From Candidatus Bathyarchaeia archaeon (lineage in GTDB: Archaea; Thermoproteota; Bathyarchaeia; 40CM-2-53-6): a stretch of 64,000 nt of DNA. Both the position numbers and the translations under genes were made by a program. Under the pieces are notes generated by a model that ran no database searches, was not told the DNA's origin, and saw nothing but the letters and a program-made list of their open reading frames with translations. The DNA lies in NCBI GenBank assembly GCA_049513715.1, contig JBEKVV010000003.1, positions 448,001 through 512,000 of the forward strand. Direction: 5' to 3'. Below, piece by piece: positions 18,785 to 27,977 of the stretch (within the stretch, counting starts at the first letter, position 1; the number at the start of each line of letters is the position of its first letter).

Positions 18785-19045
18785 TTATGGTCTAACTCTG
18801 ACCGTGATCGAATGCGCGACGGGGTTGTAGATTCTCAGGTCATTGCACATAGAGACTGCCGTGTTTCGAGCGTCGTCTGGGTCCGCAGCCTCAATTTTCA
18901 AAGAGAGCAACTTTCCAGTGCGGACTTCCTTGACGGCCTGCAGCCCACTTTTGTGAATCAAATCTCGGATTATCGTCTCTCCTTCGGGATCGCGGGCCTG
19001 CGGTTTGTTGGATATGACTACTTCAACCGTGAACAACGGGTTCAC
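18785..19045 (-). CDS. purS: FGAM synthase subunit PurS
   Basis: DPEGETI and NPV motifs; lies between purC and purQ; GTG 19045 follows GGAGGA. Confidence 0.9.
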   Translation of the reverse strand: MNPLFTVEVVISNKPQARDPEGETIIRDLIHKSGLQAVKEVRTGKLLSLKIEAADPDDARNTAVSMCNDLRIYNPVAHSITVRVRP

Positions 19046-19751
19046 CGCATATCCTCCTGTAGGGTTCCGCATAGCCCAACTCGAAGACGTGTGGAAGGTC
19101 TTTGCGAAATCTGTCCTTGTCTAGAATCTCCTTCGTCTCCTTATCCCAGAGCCGCCAAGAATCAGGGCTCAGTTCGTCGCCGACAACAAGCTTGCCCTTC
19201 TCATCGCGGCCGAATTCCAATTTGAAATCAACTAGAATAGCTCCGCGCTCATCGAAGAACTTCTCAAGAATAGCTGCCGCCTTGAGCGTGTTGTGCTTGA
19301 TCACTTCAATTTCGTTATCGTTCGCTAGTTTGAAAAGCTTCAGGTGTTGATCAGTGAGCATTGGGTCGTGAAGAGTATCATCTTTCAGGTAAAATTCGAC
19401 TAGTGGAAAAGTGAGTCTATCGCCGTTCTGGAAGTGTTTCCCAATTCCTATAAAGTGACCTGCGGCTCGAAGTCTGCAAACAACTTCAACTGGAATCATT
19501 TCGAGCTTCTTGACGAGGAGCCGGGTTCCGTCAATTTGTCTAATGAACTGGTTTGGAATTCCTCGCTCGTTCAGAATCCCGTACAGTTTGGCGGTGATTG
19601 TGGCGTTGACTCTTCCCTTCCCGCTGAGAATTTCATGTTTCTTCCCGTCACCCGCTGTAATATCGTCGCGGAAGATCAGGACGACTTGCCCCGGATCATC
19701 AGTAGGAGTTACGGTCTTGGTCTTTCCACTGGACAGCACAGAAATTGACAT
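19023..19751 (-). CDS. purC: SAICAR synthetase
   Basis: GKTK, DDITAGDG, IPVEVVCR, LVDFKLEFG, DELSPDSWRLWD, LDKDRFR. Confidence 0.96.
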   Translation of the reverse strand: MSISVLSSGKTKTVTPTDDPGQVVLIFRDDITAGDGKKHEILSGKGRVNATITAKLYGILNERGIPNQFIRQIDGTRLLVKKLEMIPVEVVCRLRAAGHFIGIGKHFQNGDRLTFPLVEFYLKDDTLHDPMLTDQHLKLFKLANDNEIEVIKHNTLKAAAILEKFFDERGAILVDFKLEFGRDEKGKLVVGDELSPDSWRLWDKETKEILDKDRFRKDLPHVFELGYAEPYRRICGEPVVHG

Positions 19752-19959
19752 GTTTCGCTAATTCGCAGATTACTGTAAAAATCGTTTTTAACACGTTCAT
19801 GCACAATTCTTTGCGTCCGTTCTGCTCTGAGTTTTCGATGCCGATTGACATTGCATCACCCGTGTCAATGACTTCCAGTCGGTTTTGCGTCAGTTTTTGT
19901 CGCCCTCATTTCAAGAGTTGGCAGTGAAAACTGGTCTAGGACAGTGCAGCAACCCTGAA

Positions 19960-21567
19960 TTAGTGTTGGAAGTGTCGAATGCCTGTGAACAGCATCGCCA
20001 TTGAGAAGTCATCTGCTGCTTGAATTACTTCTCCGTCGCGCATGGAGCCGCCTGGTTGAATCACGGCGGTTACGCCAACCTTTCCCATCAGGTCTATTGA
20101 ATCTCTGAAGGGAAAGAAAGCATCGGATGCCAAAACTGACCCCTTGACGTTCAAGCCTGCATCTTGCGCTTTCATCAATGCTATTTTGCATGAATCGACC
20201 CGGCTCATCTGGCCAGCCCCAACGCCGACGAGCTGCTCCTTCGTGCAGAGGACTATTGCATTTGACTTGACGTTTTTCACGATGCGCCAAGCGAACAACA
20301 ACGCGTCGTGCTCGTCATGTGACGGTGCGCGCTTTGTGACGACCTTTAATTTCTCCTCATCAAGCAGCAATTCATCGCTGTCTTGGTAGAGTATGCCTCC
20401 ATGGATTCTTCTGAAATTCTTGGTGCGTGTGGAGCTTTTGTTAGAGGTCAGGAGCCTTGACAAATCCAGAATTCGCCTGTTTTTCTTCGTGGCTAGGAGT
20501 CTCAATGCTTCCGGTTCGTATCCGGGCGCTAGGATCAATTCCACGAATTTGCCTTCAAGTAACCTGGCAGTTTCTATGTCGACTTGCTTTGTGAATGCGT
20601 AGACTCCGCCGAACGCCGAAACCGGGTCAGTTTGAAGGGCTCTTCGGCATGATTCTACGAGTGTTTCGGCCTTGCCCACGCCGCACGGGTTTGTGTGTTT
20701 GATAATGATGGTGGCGCACTCTCCGCTAAATTCCCTTGTTAACCTGTAGCCTGCGTCGGCGTCCAAGATGTTCGTGTAACTCAATTCTTTCTCGCCGGCA
20801 ACTTGTTTCGCTGTTGCGATGCAACTGTTTGTCTGTGCGTCTCTGTAGACTGCCGCCTTTTGGTGCGGGTTCTCGCCGTACCTCAAGTCCTTCAGTTTCT
20901 CAAAGCTCATGAGAAGCTTTGCGGGCCCCGGCCATTCACCGCGAATATTCTCAGTTGAGGCGAGTTTCTGGAAAAACATTGAGATCGCAACGTCGTATGA
21001 GGCCGTACGTTCAAAGGCTTTGAGCATCAGCTCAAGTCGTGTTCTCTCAGAAAGTTGGCTGCTAGAATTTCTCAACTCGTTGAGGACTCGCGTATAGTCT
21101 CCAGGGTCGGTAATCACCGCTACGCTCTGGTAGTTTTTTGCTGCAGCCCGTATCATCGTTGGGCCGCCTATGTCTATGTTCTCTATTGCGTTGGGCAGAT
21201 CTTCAGATTGTGAGATGGCTTTTTCGAAGGGGTAAAGGTTCACGACGACCATGTCGATAGGGTTGATGCCCATTTTCTGAATCGTCTCCCTGTCGCTTTT
21301 GCTGTTTCTTCTGAATAGCAAACCAGCGTGAATTTTGGGATGGAGGCTCTTCACGCGCCCGTCCAAAATCTCTGGAAATCCAGTGTAGTCAGCGATTTCG
21401 CGCGCTTTGATTCCGTTCTCGTTTAGGAGCCTAGCCGTTCCGCCCGTTGAGATCAAATCAACTTTGAGATCCTGAAGGCCTTTCGAGAATTCTACTATGC
21501 CTGTTTTGTCGTGTACGCTTAGGAGAGCCGTCTTTACAGGAGAATCCGACATGCCAGACCTATGCAT
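19960..21567 (-). CDS. purH: Bifunctional AICAR transformylase / IMP cyclohydrolase
   Basis: ALLSVHDKTG, STGGTA, GRVKSLHP, IDIGGPTMIRAAAKN, RYGENPHQ, SDAFFPF, IQPGGS. Confidence 0.96.
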   Translation of the reverse strand: MHRSGMSDSPVKTALLSVHDKTGIVEFSKGLQDLKVDLISTGGTARLLNENGIKAREIADYTGFPEILDGRVKSLHPKIHAGLLFRRNSKSDRETIQKMGINPIDMVVVNLYPFEKAISQSEDLPNAIENIDIGGPTMIRAAAKNYQSVAVITDPGDYTRVLNELRNSSSQLSERTRLELMLKAFERTASYDVAISMFFQKLASTENIRGEWPGPAKLLMSFEKLKDLRYGENPHQKAAVYRDAQTNSCIATAKQVAGEKELSYTNILDADAGYRLTREFSGECATIIIKHTNPCGVGKAETLVESCRRALQTDPVSAFGGVYAFTKQVDIETARLLEGKFVELILAPGYEPEALRLLATKKNRRILDLSRLLTSNKSSTRTKNFRRIHGGILYQDSDELLLDEEKLKVVTKRAPSHDEHDALLFAWRIVKNVKSNAIVLCTKEQLVGVGAGQMSRVDSCKIALMKAQDAGLNVKGSVLASDAFFPFRDSIDLMGKVGVTAVIQPGGSMRDGEVIQAADDFSMAMLFTGIRHFQH

Positions 21568-21629
21568 CGATGGGGCCTTTGAAGCTTAGCATTTGCTTTC
21601 GCGCAAATTGGCGGCTCACACAAAGGAGT

Positions 21630-21660
21630 GGGCGTCAAAGAAAAAACAAAACAGAGATGG
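21630..21660 (-). terminator. Putative archaeal oligo-U terminator
   Basis: Minus strand reads CTCTGTTTTGTTTTTTCTTT about 30 nt after the C2H2 microprotein stop. Confidence 0.45.
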
Positions 21661-21684
21661 AGACTGTCGCGGAACCTCTCACAC

Positions 21685-21780
21685 TTACTTTCCGTGTGCA
21701 GATTTCGCATGCGCCTGCAATTCTTGCTCTGTCTTGAAGAACATCTTGCAGGCTGGGCAAACGTATGTTCCTGTAGACAA
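21685..21780 (-). CDS. 31-aa single C2H2 zinc-finger microprotein (not in ORF track)
   Basis: Hand translation MSTGTYVCPACKMFFKTEQELQAHAKSAHGK* gives C-x2-C-x12-H-x4-H with the conserved Y, F and L. Confidence 0.85.
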   Translation of the reverse strand: MSTGTYVCPACKMFFKTEQELQAHAKSAHGK

Positions 21781-21876
21781 ACTATTTCACTACAACAAGA
21801 TTAACCGACGACCTATTTGAGTTGATTCCTGTTAGGTTGCAGTTGCCGTTTCGACTAAGGTTCTTGAGGGCAAAAT

Positions 21877-22128
21877 TCAAACCGGAACTGAGCGACTATG
21901 AGTCATGATATGGAAACCGCCGTTTACGGAGTCCGCTGACGTGTCGGCAGTCATTCCGTAAAGTAGCAACAGGGCACCCAACAGCATCAATGGAACGGCG
22001 AAGAGTAAGTTGGGGTAGATCACAACCTGTCTAGGTGGGTCTTGCAGAGTCTTAACCAGCGGCATGGGTGAGGCGACCAGAGCAATCGCTAAGACAATGA
22101 AACCTAGGACTGCCCCGAGTTTGTTCAA
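21877..22128 (-). CDS. Small two-TM hypothetical membrane protein
   Basis: Two hydrophobic segments; GAGGT upstream. Confidence 0.6.
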   Translation of the reverse strand: MNKLGAVLGFIVLAIALVASPMPLVKTLQDPPRQVVIYPNLLFAVPLMLLGALLLLYGMTADTSADSVNGGFHIMTHSRSVPV

Positions 22129-22478
22129 TTAGCCTTGTACCTCATGGTGTTGGTATGATTGACCACTTTGGGGTGCTGGATAATCTTTAGGGTTTCTGCA
22201 ATTCGCATCCCCGTTGCCGGTCAAATGAATGGTTCCCGGTTTTCTGAGCCATGCTACCAAGCAGATTGGTATAGAGTGATAAGTTGCAAAACCAAATGCT
22301 CAGAAATAATCGCTTTTGCAACCTTCTGTGCCCCGGTTGACTGGTTTTGCAGCAAGACCCTCGATAATTGGGCGTTAGGGGGCATGAACATCTTCTACGC
22401 TTCGATTATTGATTGGAGCTGTTTCAGTTGACTTTAATTCAAAGCCCCTTAGGAGGGCGCCTTTAGAGGCTTTCCGAG

Positions 22479-22739
22479 ATGGGCGCATACGTGGAAGGTT
22501 TTGCCTTCAACGATTTCTGCCAGCGCTGCCAGAGGGTCATGGAACATAAAATTGAGTTTGAAAGCAAGGCGCTTTCAGGTGTCTGTGGCTCATGTGGAGA
22601 AAAGCGCCCGATGACTGGAGCGAACCAGGTCTATTACCCGAAAACCGACCTATGGGTAACCCGTTTCAAAATCGGCAGCATACAGAACGTCGTCTCAGGG
22701 AAACTCCTCGAAGCCCTCAAGCATTCGAGGAAAAACTAG
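22479..22739 (+). CDS. Zinc-ribbon hypothetical protein
   Basis: CQRC...CGSC pairs. Confidence 0.65.
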   Translation: MGAYVEGFAFNDFCQRCQRVMEHKIEFESKALSGVCGSCGEKRPMTGANQVYYPKTDLWVTRFKIGSIQNVVSGKLLEALKHSRKN

Positions 22740-23124
22740 AAGTCCAAGTTGCATGCTGGTGATTGAGTCACTTCATGCATGACTGAACTCATTCACTGTC
22801 CAGAAATCCATACCTGAAATCGAACTTCTGTCGAGAGACACCATACACAATTTCCGTCAAACCGCGCGCCATGAGCCGATTTCTTTCCATCGTCCGATAG
22901 AGAATTTGCCGCGAAAAATCGCGCGACGAAAAACGTGCATTGGGATTCGTTGTAACATTCTGGAGTTGTTTGGGAATGCGAACCGATTTCTGTGAACTCG
23001 CGGAAGATTTTGGTGAAGAAATTTTTCGCGCGAAGCGCGAACGCAATGGGGCAACGCTTATATGCGATTTATTTAAGGTTACACGAAAGTCGGGAATTTT
23101 ACCGGAGGACCTTGAGTACAAAAA

Positions 23125-23538
23125 TTGAACTCTAGACCTTACGCTTACAGGCATGTCGTCGCAACGCTCCATGGATGCCGATCAGATCTCCTTGACGACC
23201 AACTTCTCCTCAACACAACAATCAAAGCGATTCACAACGCGAACATGAATCTAGCTAAAACCAAAACGACGAATCCTCTCGTCTACAAAGTTGGCGACGA
23301 CATCATGGGTGGAGGAGTAAGCGTCAATGCCTTGATTACTACCAGCCACCTGACCGTGCACACATCAAGAATGTACCGCACGGTTGAATTCGACTGCGCC
23401 ACCTGCGGCTGCGACAGTAACCCATGGGCAGCACTAGAAAGTTTCAAGAAAGCTCTGAAGTCGACACACGTCACAATGCAATACCAACACGACGAGGCGC
23501 AGAAATCCGTTCTCTCCGTTCCACCACTTAAAGCCTAA
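23125..23538 (+). CDS. SpeD-family pyruvoyl-dependent decarboxylase proenzyme (divergent)
   Basis: RHVVATLHGC, GGGVSVNALITTSHLTVHT and TCG follow the SAM decarboxylase pattern GVS...ESH.S.HT...TCG. Confidence 0.8.
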   Translation: MNSRPYAYRHVVATLHGCRSDLLDDQLLLNTTIKAIHNANMNLAKTKTTNPLVYKVGDDIMGGGVSVNALITTSHLTVHTSRMYRTVEFDCATCGCDSNPWAALESFKKALKSTHVTMQYQHDEAQKSVLSVPPLKA

Positions 23539-23663
23539 CTGACCTTTTCTCGCCGCTCTCATATTGTGCACGGCCATTGTTACCTAGTCAGTGCCAACGC
23601 AGCATGCCTGAAGTGGTGACAGTCAATTAGAAAGATTAACTTTAGCCGTGAGCATGGCTGCGA

Positions 23664-23933
23664 TTGGCGACGGTTGAGAAAATGGCCCTACTGAGCGGCC
23701 TAGAGTTCTTATTCGCAGCTGCGATAGTAGGAATTCTACTCTTGGTGGGACTGAAGTCTCGCCGGGAAAGAAGTGGCTTCAACTTCCTACCCTACGTGAT
23801 AATTGGAGCTTTGTTGCTCGCGATCCTGACTCTATCAGGAACGGTGTTTTCTTTGCTTAAACTCGTACTGGCTCTTGGAGCAATAGTGTTTGCTCTTATG
23901 GCATTTGCCGCCTATAGATCAGTCAAAAGCTAA
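23664..23933 (+). CDS. Small membrane protein
   Basis: Three hydrophobic segments. Confidence 0.6.
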   Translation: MATVEKMALLSGLEFLFAAAIVGILLLVGLKSRRERSGFNFLPYVIIGALLLAILTLSGTVFSLLKLVLALGAIVFALMAFAAYRSVKS

Positions 23934-24195
23934 GCGTCTTGGTACTCAAGAGCTATTGTTCTCTGCGTTCTTCTTCCTCTTCCCCTGCGCTGGCGAGCTT
24001 AAGTTTTCTAACTGATTTTGACCTCCTTGATGTTTAGCAACACCCGTCAAGAAATACACCTCGTTTTGCGTTAATACGAACTTCTGAAATTCGACCAGGG
24101 ATTTCGAGGCTAAACCATCAGAGTTGTCTTGAGATCTACCTGGAAAGTTTAATTCAGAGAATTTGCGGTAGCAGCAACTGGGCGGTGTACGAAAA

Positions 24196-24714
24196 ATGCA
24201 CGACTCGACCAAGGTACGACATGAAATCTCAACGCTATATGACAAGGACCCACAGGGCTGGAAAGTCTTGGTCGGGAAGGACAGGGCGGGCTTTTTCGAT
24301 GTGATGATTTCACACAAAGACGAAGGCTGGCAGATTAAAGAATACCAGGTGAACCCTTACAAATTCGTTGGCCTCGGTTCAAGGCTTCCAAACACGCCCG
24401 CTCACTCAATCGCAATGGATAATCCCGGCTTCGGGCTTCGTCCTGTTGGCATTGACCAGATGAAGGAACTCGCAGGCCTCATTGATGACCCGAAATCAAT
24501 GAATGACATTCTCATTAGACTCCTCCAAGAGAAACCAACCACATCCCGCGACATCGCTGAGAGTGCGGCCGTCCTCCAGGGTCCAATCCTGCAGTCCAGC
24601 AGTCCCTTGGAAGATCTTTCCACAGCTCACACAAAACTCGATCAGAGACTACGGAAGGAACTGCAAAGGATCGTTCGCAGAGATTTCAGACACACGGTAA
24701 CCCCATACATCTAG
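24196..24714 (+). CDS. Hypothetical protein
   Basis: 172-aa ORF with ordinary globular composition; family not recognised. Confidence 0.65.
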   Translation: MHDSTKVRHEISTLYDKDPQGWKVLVGKDRAGFFDVMISHKDEGWQIKEYQVNPYKFVGLGSRLPNTPAHSIAMDNPGFGLRPVGIDQMKELAGLIDDPKSMNDILIRLLQEKPTTSRDIAESAAVLQGPILQSSSPLEDLSTAHTKLDQRLRKELQRIVRRDFRHTVTPYI

Positions 24715-24783
24715 AAGATTCAATAGAGTCCTAGCGCGATTTCATCGCGAACGCAAGAACGTCAGCTAAGTAGTGTCTCGACT

Positions 24784-25965
24784 TTGAAAATCAAAGAAAT
24801 CGAAGTGTACCAGCTTGGGGAGCAAGCAACTGGCAGTGCAACATGGGCCGCCAATTGCATTCTACTGAAACTCACCACATCTGATGGGGTGGTGGGTTAC
24901 GGCGAGGCGGTTCCGACTTTGAGAGTTCAGCCTGTGATTCAATCACTGCGTGAAGTTGCGCGAGTCTACGTGGACAAGGATCCTCTTGAGGTAGAGAGGA
25001 ACTGGCATGAGTGGCACAAACACGATTTTTACCTCCCCGTCTCCTTCGAGTCCACTACGGCAGTCAGCGCCTTCGACATAGCGTGCTGGGACATTATCGG
25101 AAAACACTTCGGGGCACCAGTTCACCAATTGATTGGGGGAGCGTTTCGAAAGCAAGTTAGAGTGTACTCGAACGGGTGGTACAACGATTGCGTAACCCCC
25201 GACCAGTTTGCGGAGCGTGCAAAGCAGTTCGCTAGAATGGGCTACACAGGCCTGAAGTTTGATCCATTCGGTGATTACTACGATTACATCGACGAGAAAG
25301 GATTGAAGTTGGCGCATGAGAGAGTGAAAGCCGTCCGGGACGCGACCGGTGGCAAGGTAGAACTTCTAATTGAACATCACGGTAGGTTCAACCCAAACTC
25401 AGCCATCATGATCGCGAAACGGCTTCGAGAGTTCGACCCCCTTTTCATGGAGGAACCTGTTCACCCTGAAAACCTTGAGGGTCTACGAAAGTACAGAGCT
25501 GCGACAGACGTCCGGGTGGCGCTTGGCGAAAGAATTCTTACTAAGGAACAAGTTGTGAATGTTCTTTCCAACAACCTGACAGATTTTCTGCAACCCGACA
25601 TAACCAACATCGGGGGGGTAACGCAGGCGCGCAAAGTTGCCGCAATCGCAGAGGCGTACGGAGTCGAGATCGCCTTCCACAATGCTTTCGGCCCCATTCA
25701 AAACGCTGTAACTATCCAAGTCGACGCCTCGATTCCAAACTTCCTCATCCAAGAATCATTCTACGACGTATTCCCATCTTGGAAACGCCAGCTCGTGAAG
25801 GACGGCTCGAGAATTGAAAACGGCTACGCCACCGTCCCAACCAAGCCTGGGCTAGGTGTGGAAGTGGATGAGAAACTGTTGGAAGAACACAAGGCTGAGG
25901 GTCAGGAGTACTTCAATCCCGACGAGCCAGTTTGGGTGGTTAAGAATACTTGGAAGACGCCGTAA
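24784..25965 (+). CDS. gad: Gluconate (galactonate) dehydratase, mandelate racemase family, crenarchaeal type
   Basis: GEAVPTLR, LKFDPFG, IEHHGRF, MEEP, GER, FHNAFGP; next to glucose dehydrogenase. Confidence 0.85.
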   Translation: MKIKEIEVYQLGEQATGSATWAANCILLKLTTSDGVVGYGEAVPTLRVQPVIQSLREVARVYVDKDPLEVERNWHEWHKHDFYLPVSFESTTAVSAFDIACWDIIGKHFGAPVHQLIGGAFRKQVRVYSNGWYNDCVTPDQFAERAKQFARMGYTGLKFDPFGDYYDYIDEKGLKLAHERVKAVRDATGGKVELLIEHHGRFNPNSAIMIAKRLREFDPLFMEEPVHPENLEGLRKYRAATDVRVALGERILTKEQVVNVLSNNLTDFLQPDITNIGGVTQARKVAAIAEAYGVEIAFHNAFGPIQNAVTIQVDASIPNFLIQESFYDVFPSWKRQLVKDGSRIENGYATVPTKPGLGVEVDEKLLEEHKAEGQEYFNPDEPVWVVKNTWKTP

Positions 25966-25983
25966 GAGACATGGCCCCATGTT

Positions 25984-27069
25984 TCACGCGAAGTTGATGA
26001 CGGTCTTAATGTCCTCTGGTTGAGGATCAAATGCCTGTTTGAATTCTTCGGGTTTTAGAACCAGCGTGAACATACGCGAGAGCACGTCGCCGAACCTCTG
26101 CTTGACCTGCCGAAGGTCTATCAGTCCCATCTCGAAGTAGCGCTTGTTTGCGTTTACTGAACCAAACAGCAGTTTATTTCTCAAAACCATCTCCCTGAGC
26201 ATGTCACCGAATTGGAAAGTCGATTGAGATGCGTTATAGACGCCCAATAGGCATAGAACACCGTTAGTTGAGAGGTGATTCATCGCGTCAAGGGCAACGG
26301 ATGCGTTGCCGGTTCCCTCGATTATGATGTCGAAGGTTTTGCCGAGGGTCTCGAGTGAGGTTTGTGTTGCGTCAACGTATTGCGCTCCGACCGCGTCCAC
26401 GAGACGCGCTTTCAAGTCATCCTTTGGCCTTCGGGCCATCGTGAAAACCTCCAAACTCCTCAACCTCAACAGGAAAGTTCCGAGTTGCCCAATCGGGCCT
26501 GCGCCAAGCATGAGGGCTGTCTTTGGCTCCCAAGCCATTCTCTTCTGGATCTGGTCGATTTGGTATGTGGCCTTCTCAACTATGCTCGTTGGCTCCAGCA
26601 AAACCGCCACATCAGCGAGATCCGGTGGAACCTTCACCAGATAATTCGAATCCGAGAGGGCTAGGTCGGAGGCGAACCCATGGAGTTTGTAGATTCCATG
26701 CTCGAAGTAGTGTCCGGTTAGGCACATGTCGGATTCTCCCCGACTGCAATTCAAGCAATTCTCGCGGCAAGAACGCCTAACAGTTGGAACAACTAGATCG
26801 CCTTTGGAAAATCCTTGGACGTTTGTCCCCGTGGCTTCAATGATGCCAAGAACTTCGTGCCCGGTCACCAAGAACTTTTCACCGTCAGGAGGGGCGCCGT
26901 AGAACCCGTCGTTAATGTCACGGTCAGTCCCGTCGATGCCTAATTTAGCGATCTTGAGAAGAACCTCGTTCTGTTTCGGTTGCGGCTGCTCAATCTCGGC
27001 CAGCTGAACTGAGCCCTTGGAACCTGGGGTGACCGTAATGGCTTTCATGGGTTCTGAACGGCACAACAC
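25984..27069 (-). CDS. gdh: Zn-dependent glucose 1-dehydrogenase
   Basis: GIDGTD, GHE, VPTVRR, structural-Zn cysteines, GAGPIG, GSVNA. Likely start at MKAITV. Confidence 0.88.
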   Translation of the reverse strand: MLCRSEPMKAITVTPGSKGSVQLAEIEQPQPKQNEVLLKIAKLGIDGTDRDINDGFYGAPPDGEKFLVTGHEVLGIIEATGTNVQGFSKGDLVVPTVRRSCRENCLNCSRGESDMCLTGHYFEHGIYKLHGFASDLALSDSNYLVKVPPDLADVAVLLEPTSIVEKATYQIDQIQKRMAWEPKTALMLGAGPIGQLGTFLLRLRSLEVFTMARRPKDDLKARLVDAVGAQYVDATQTSLETLGKTFDIIIEGTGNASVALDAMNHLSTNGVLCLLGVYNASQSTFQFGDMLREMVLRNKLLFGSVNANKRYFEMGLIDLRQVKQRFGDVLSRMFTLVLKPEEFKQAFDPQPEDIKTVINFA

Positions 27070-27146
27070 ATCAAATTAAACAATAATATCCTAGCCAACA
27101 TACCCCAACTGATCCGGAAACGAGTAGCTAAGGATTGGCGTAATCC

Positions 27147-27977
27147 ATGATTGACATGATTACCGTTCTGTTGATTTCGATTCTTGCGGGCTTCATGGGA
27201 GCTTTGACTGGGTTAGGTGGTGGAAGCATCATGATACCTATCCTCGTCGCCTTCGGTGTCCCAGTGAAGTATGCCATCGCTGCGAGTATGGTAACCATAA
27301 TCGCTACCTCTAGCGGCTCAGCCGCATCATACGTGAAAGAACGCATAACAAACGTAAAGGCTGCATTCTACCTTGAAATGTTCACTATAACGGGAGCAAT
27401 AATCGGTGCCACTATCACATCGTTCATAGCACCTAAGCTGTTGTACTTCTTCTTCGCCGCTTTCCTTCTCACCTCTTTCTATGGCCTATCGGGGCACCTC
27501 AAGGAGGATTTCCCGAAGCAATTCAAACAAGACAAGTTCTCAAGATGGTTGGAATTACGCGGCAGCTACTACGATCAGGCTGCTGGAAAGCAGGTCGACT
27601 ACGAGATGACAAACGCGCGCCTGGGTGGCCCTGGAATGATTGTTGCCGGGCTGGCAGCAGGTATGCTTGGCATAGGGGCAGGGGCGTTCAAAGTATCAAT
27701 TCATGAGCTGATACTCAAGATGCCATCCAAAGTCTCCAGTACAACGAGTAATTTCATCATTGGCATAACGGCGCTGGCTGGGGCAAGCGTCTATTTCTCT
27801 ACGGGCCTACTTTTCATTGGTTTAGCTGCGCCGATGGCCGTGGGAACGACTGTTGGAGCTGTGGCGGGGGGGAGAGTTCTCAACCGCCTCCCGAGTCGAT
27901 TCGTTCGATACCTATTCTTGGTGATTGTGTGCGGGCTGATTATTCAGATGCTTTACAAGGGGGTTACTTCCCCGTGA
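27147..27977 (+). CDS. TauE/SafE (TSUP) family transporter
   Basis: GALTGLGGG and GMLGIGAG repeats, STTSNF; paired with DUF1634. Confidence 0.88.
   Translation: MIDMITVLLISILAGFMGALTGLGGGSIMIPILVAFGVPVKYAIAASMVTIIATSSGSAASYVKERITNVKAAFYLEMFTITGAIIGATITSFIAPKLLYFFFAAFLLTSFYGLSGHLKEDFPKQFKQDKFSRWLELRGSYYDQAAGKQVDYEMTNARLGGPGMIVAGLAAGMLGIGAGAFKVSIHELILKMPSKVSSTTSNFIIGITALAGASVYFSTGLLFIGLAAPMAVGTTVGAVAGGRVLNRLPSRFVRYLFLVIVCGLIIQMLYKGVTSP

Noticed and set aside
21568..21684. Possible ZMP/ZTP or purine riboswitch upstream of purH
   Set aside because: No consensus recognised; the short spacer holds a terminator-like tract and a probable promoter.
22159..22431. 90-aa plus-strand ORF
   Set aside because: Atypical composition and no family match; the region is better explained by its repeats, though coding is not fully excluded.
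22789..23172. 127-aa minus-strand ORF
   Set aside because: Ser/Arg-rich, no recognisable motifs, and overlaps the SpeD-like start and promoter; more likely non-coding.
23946..24317. 123-aa minus-strand ORF
   Set aside because: Overlaps 24196..24714 on the opposite strand and has no motifs.
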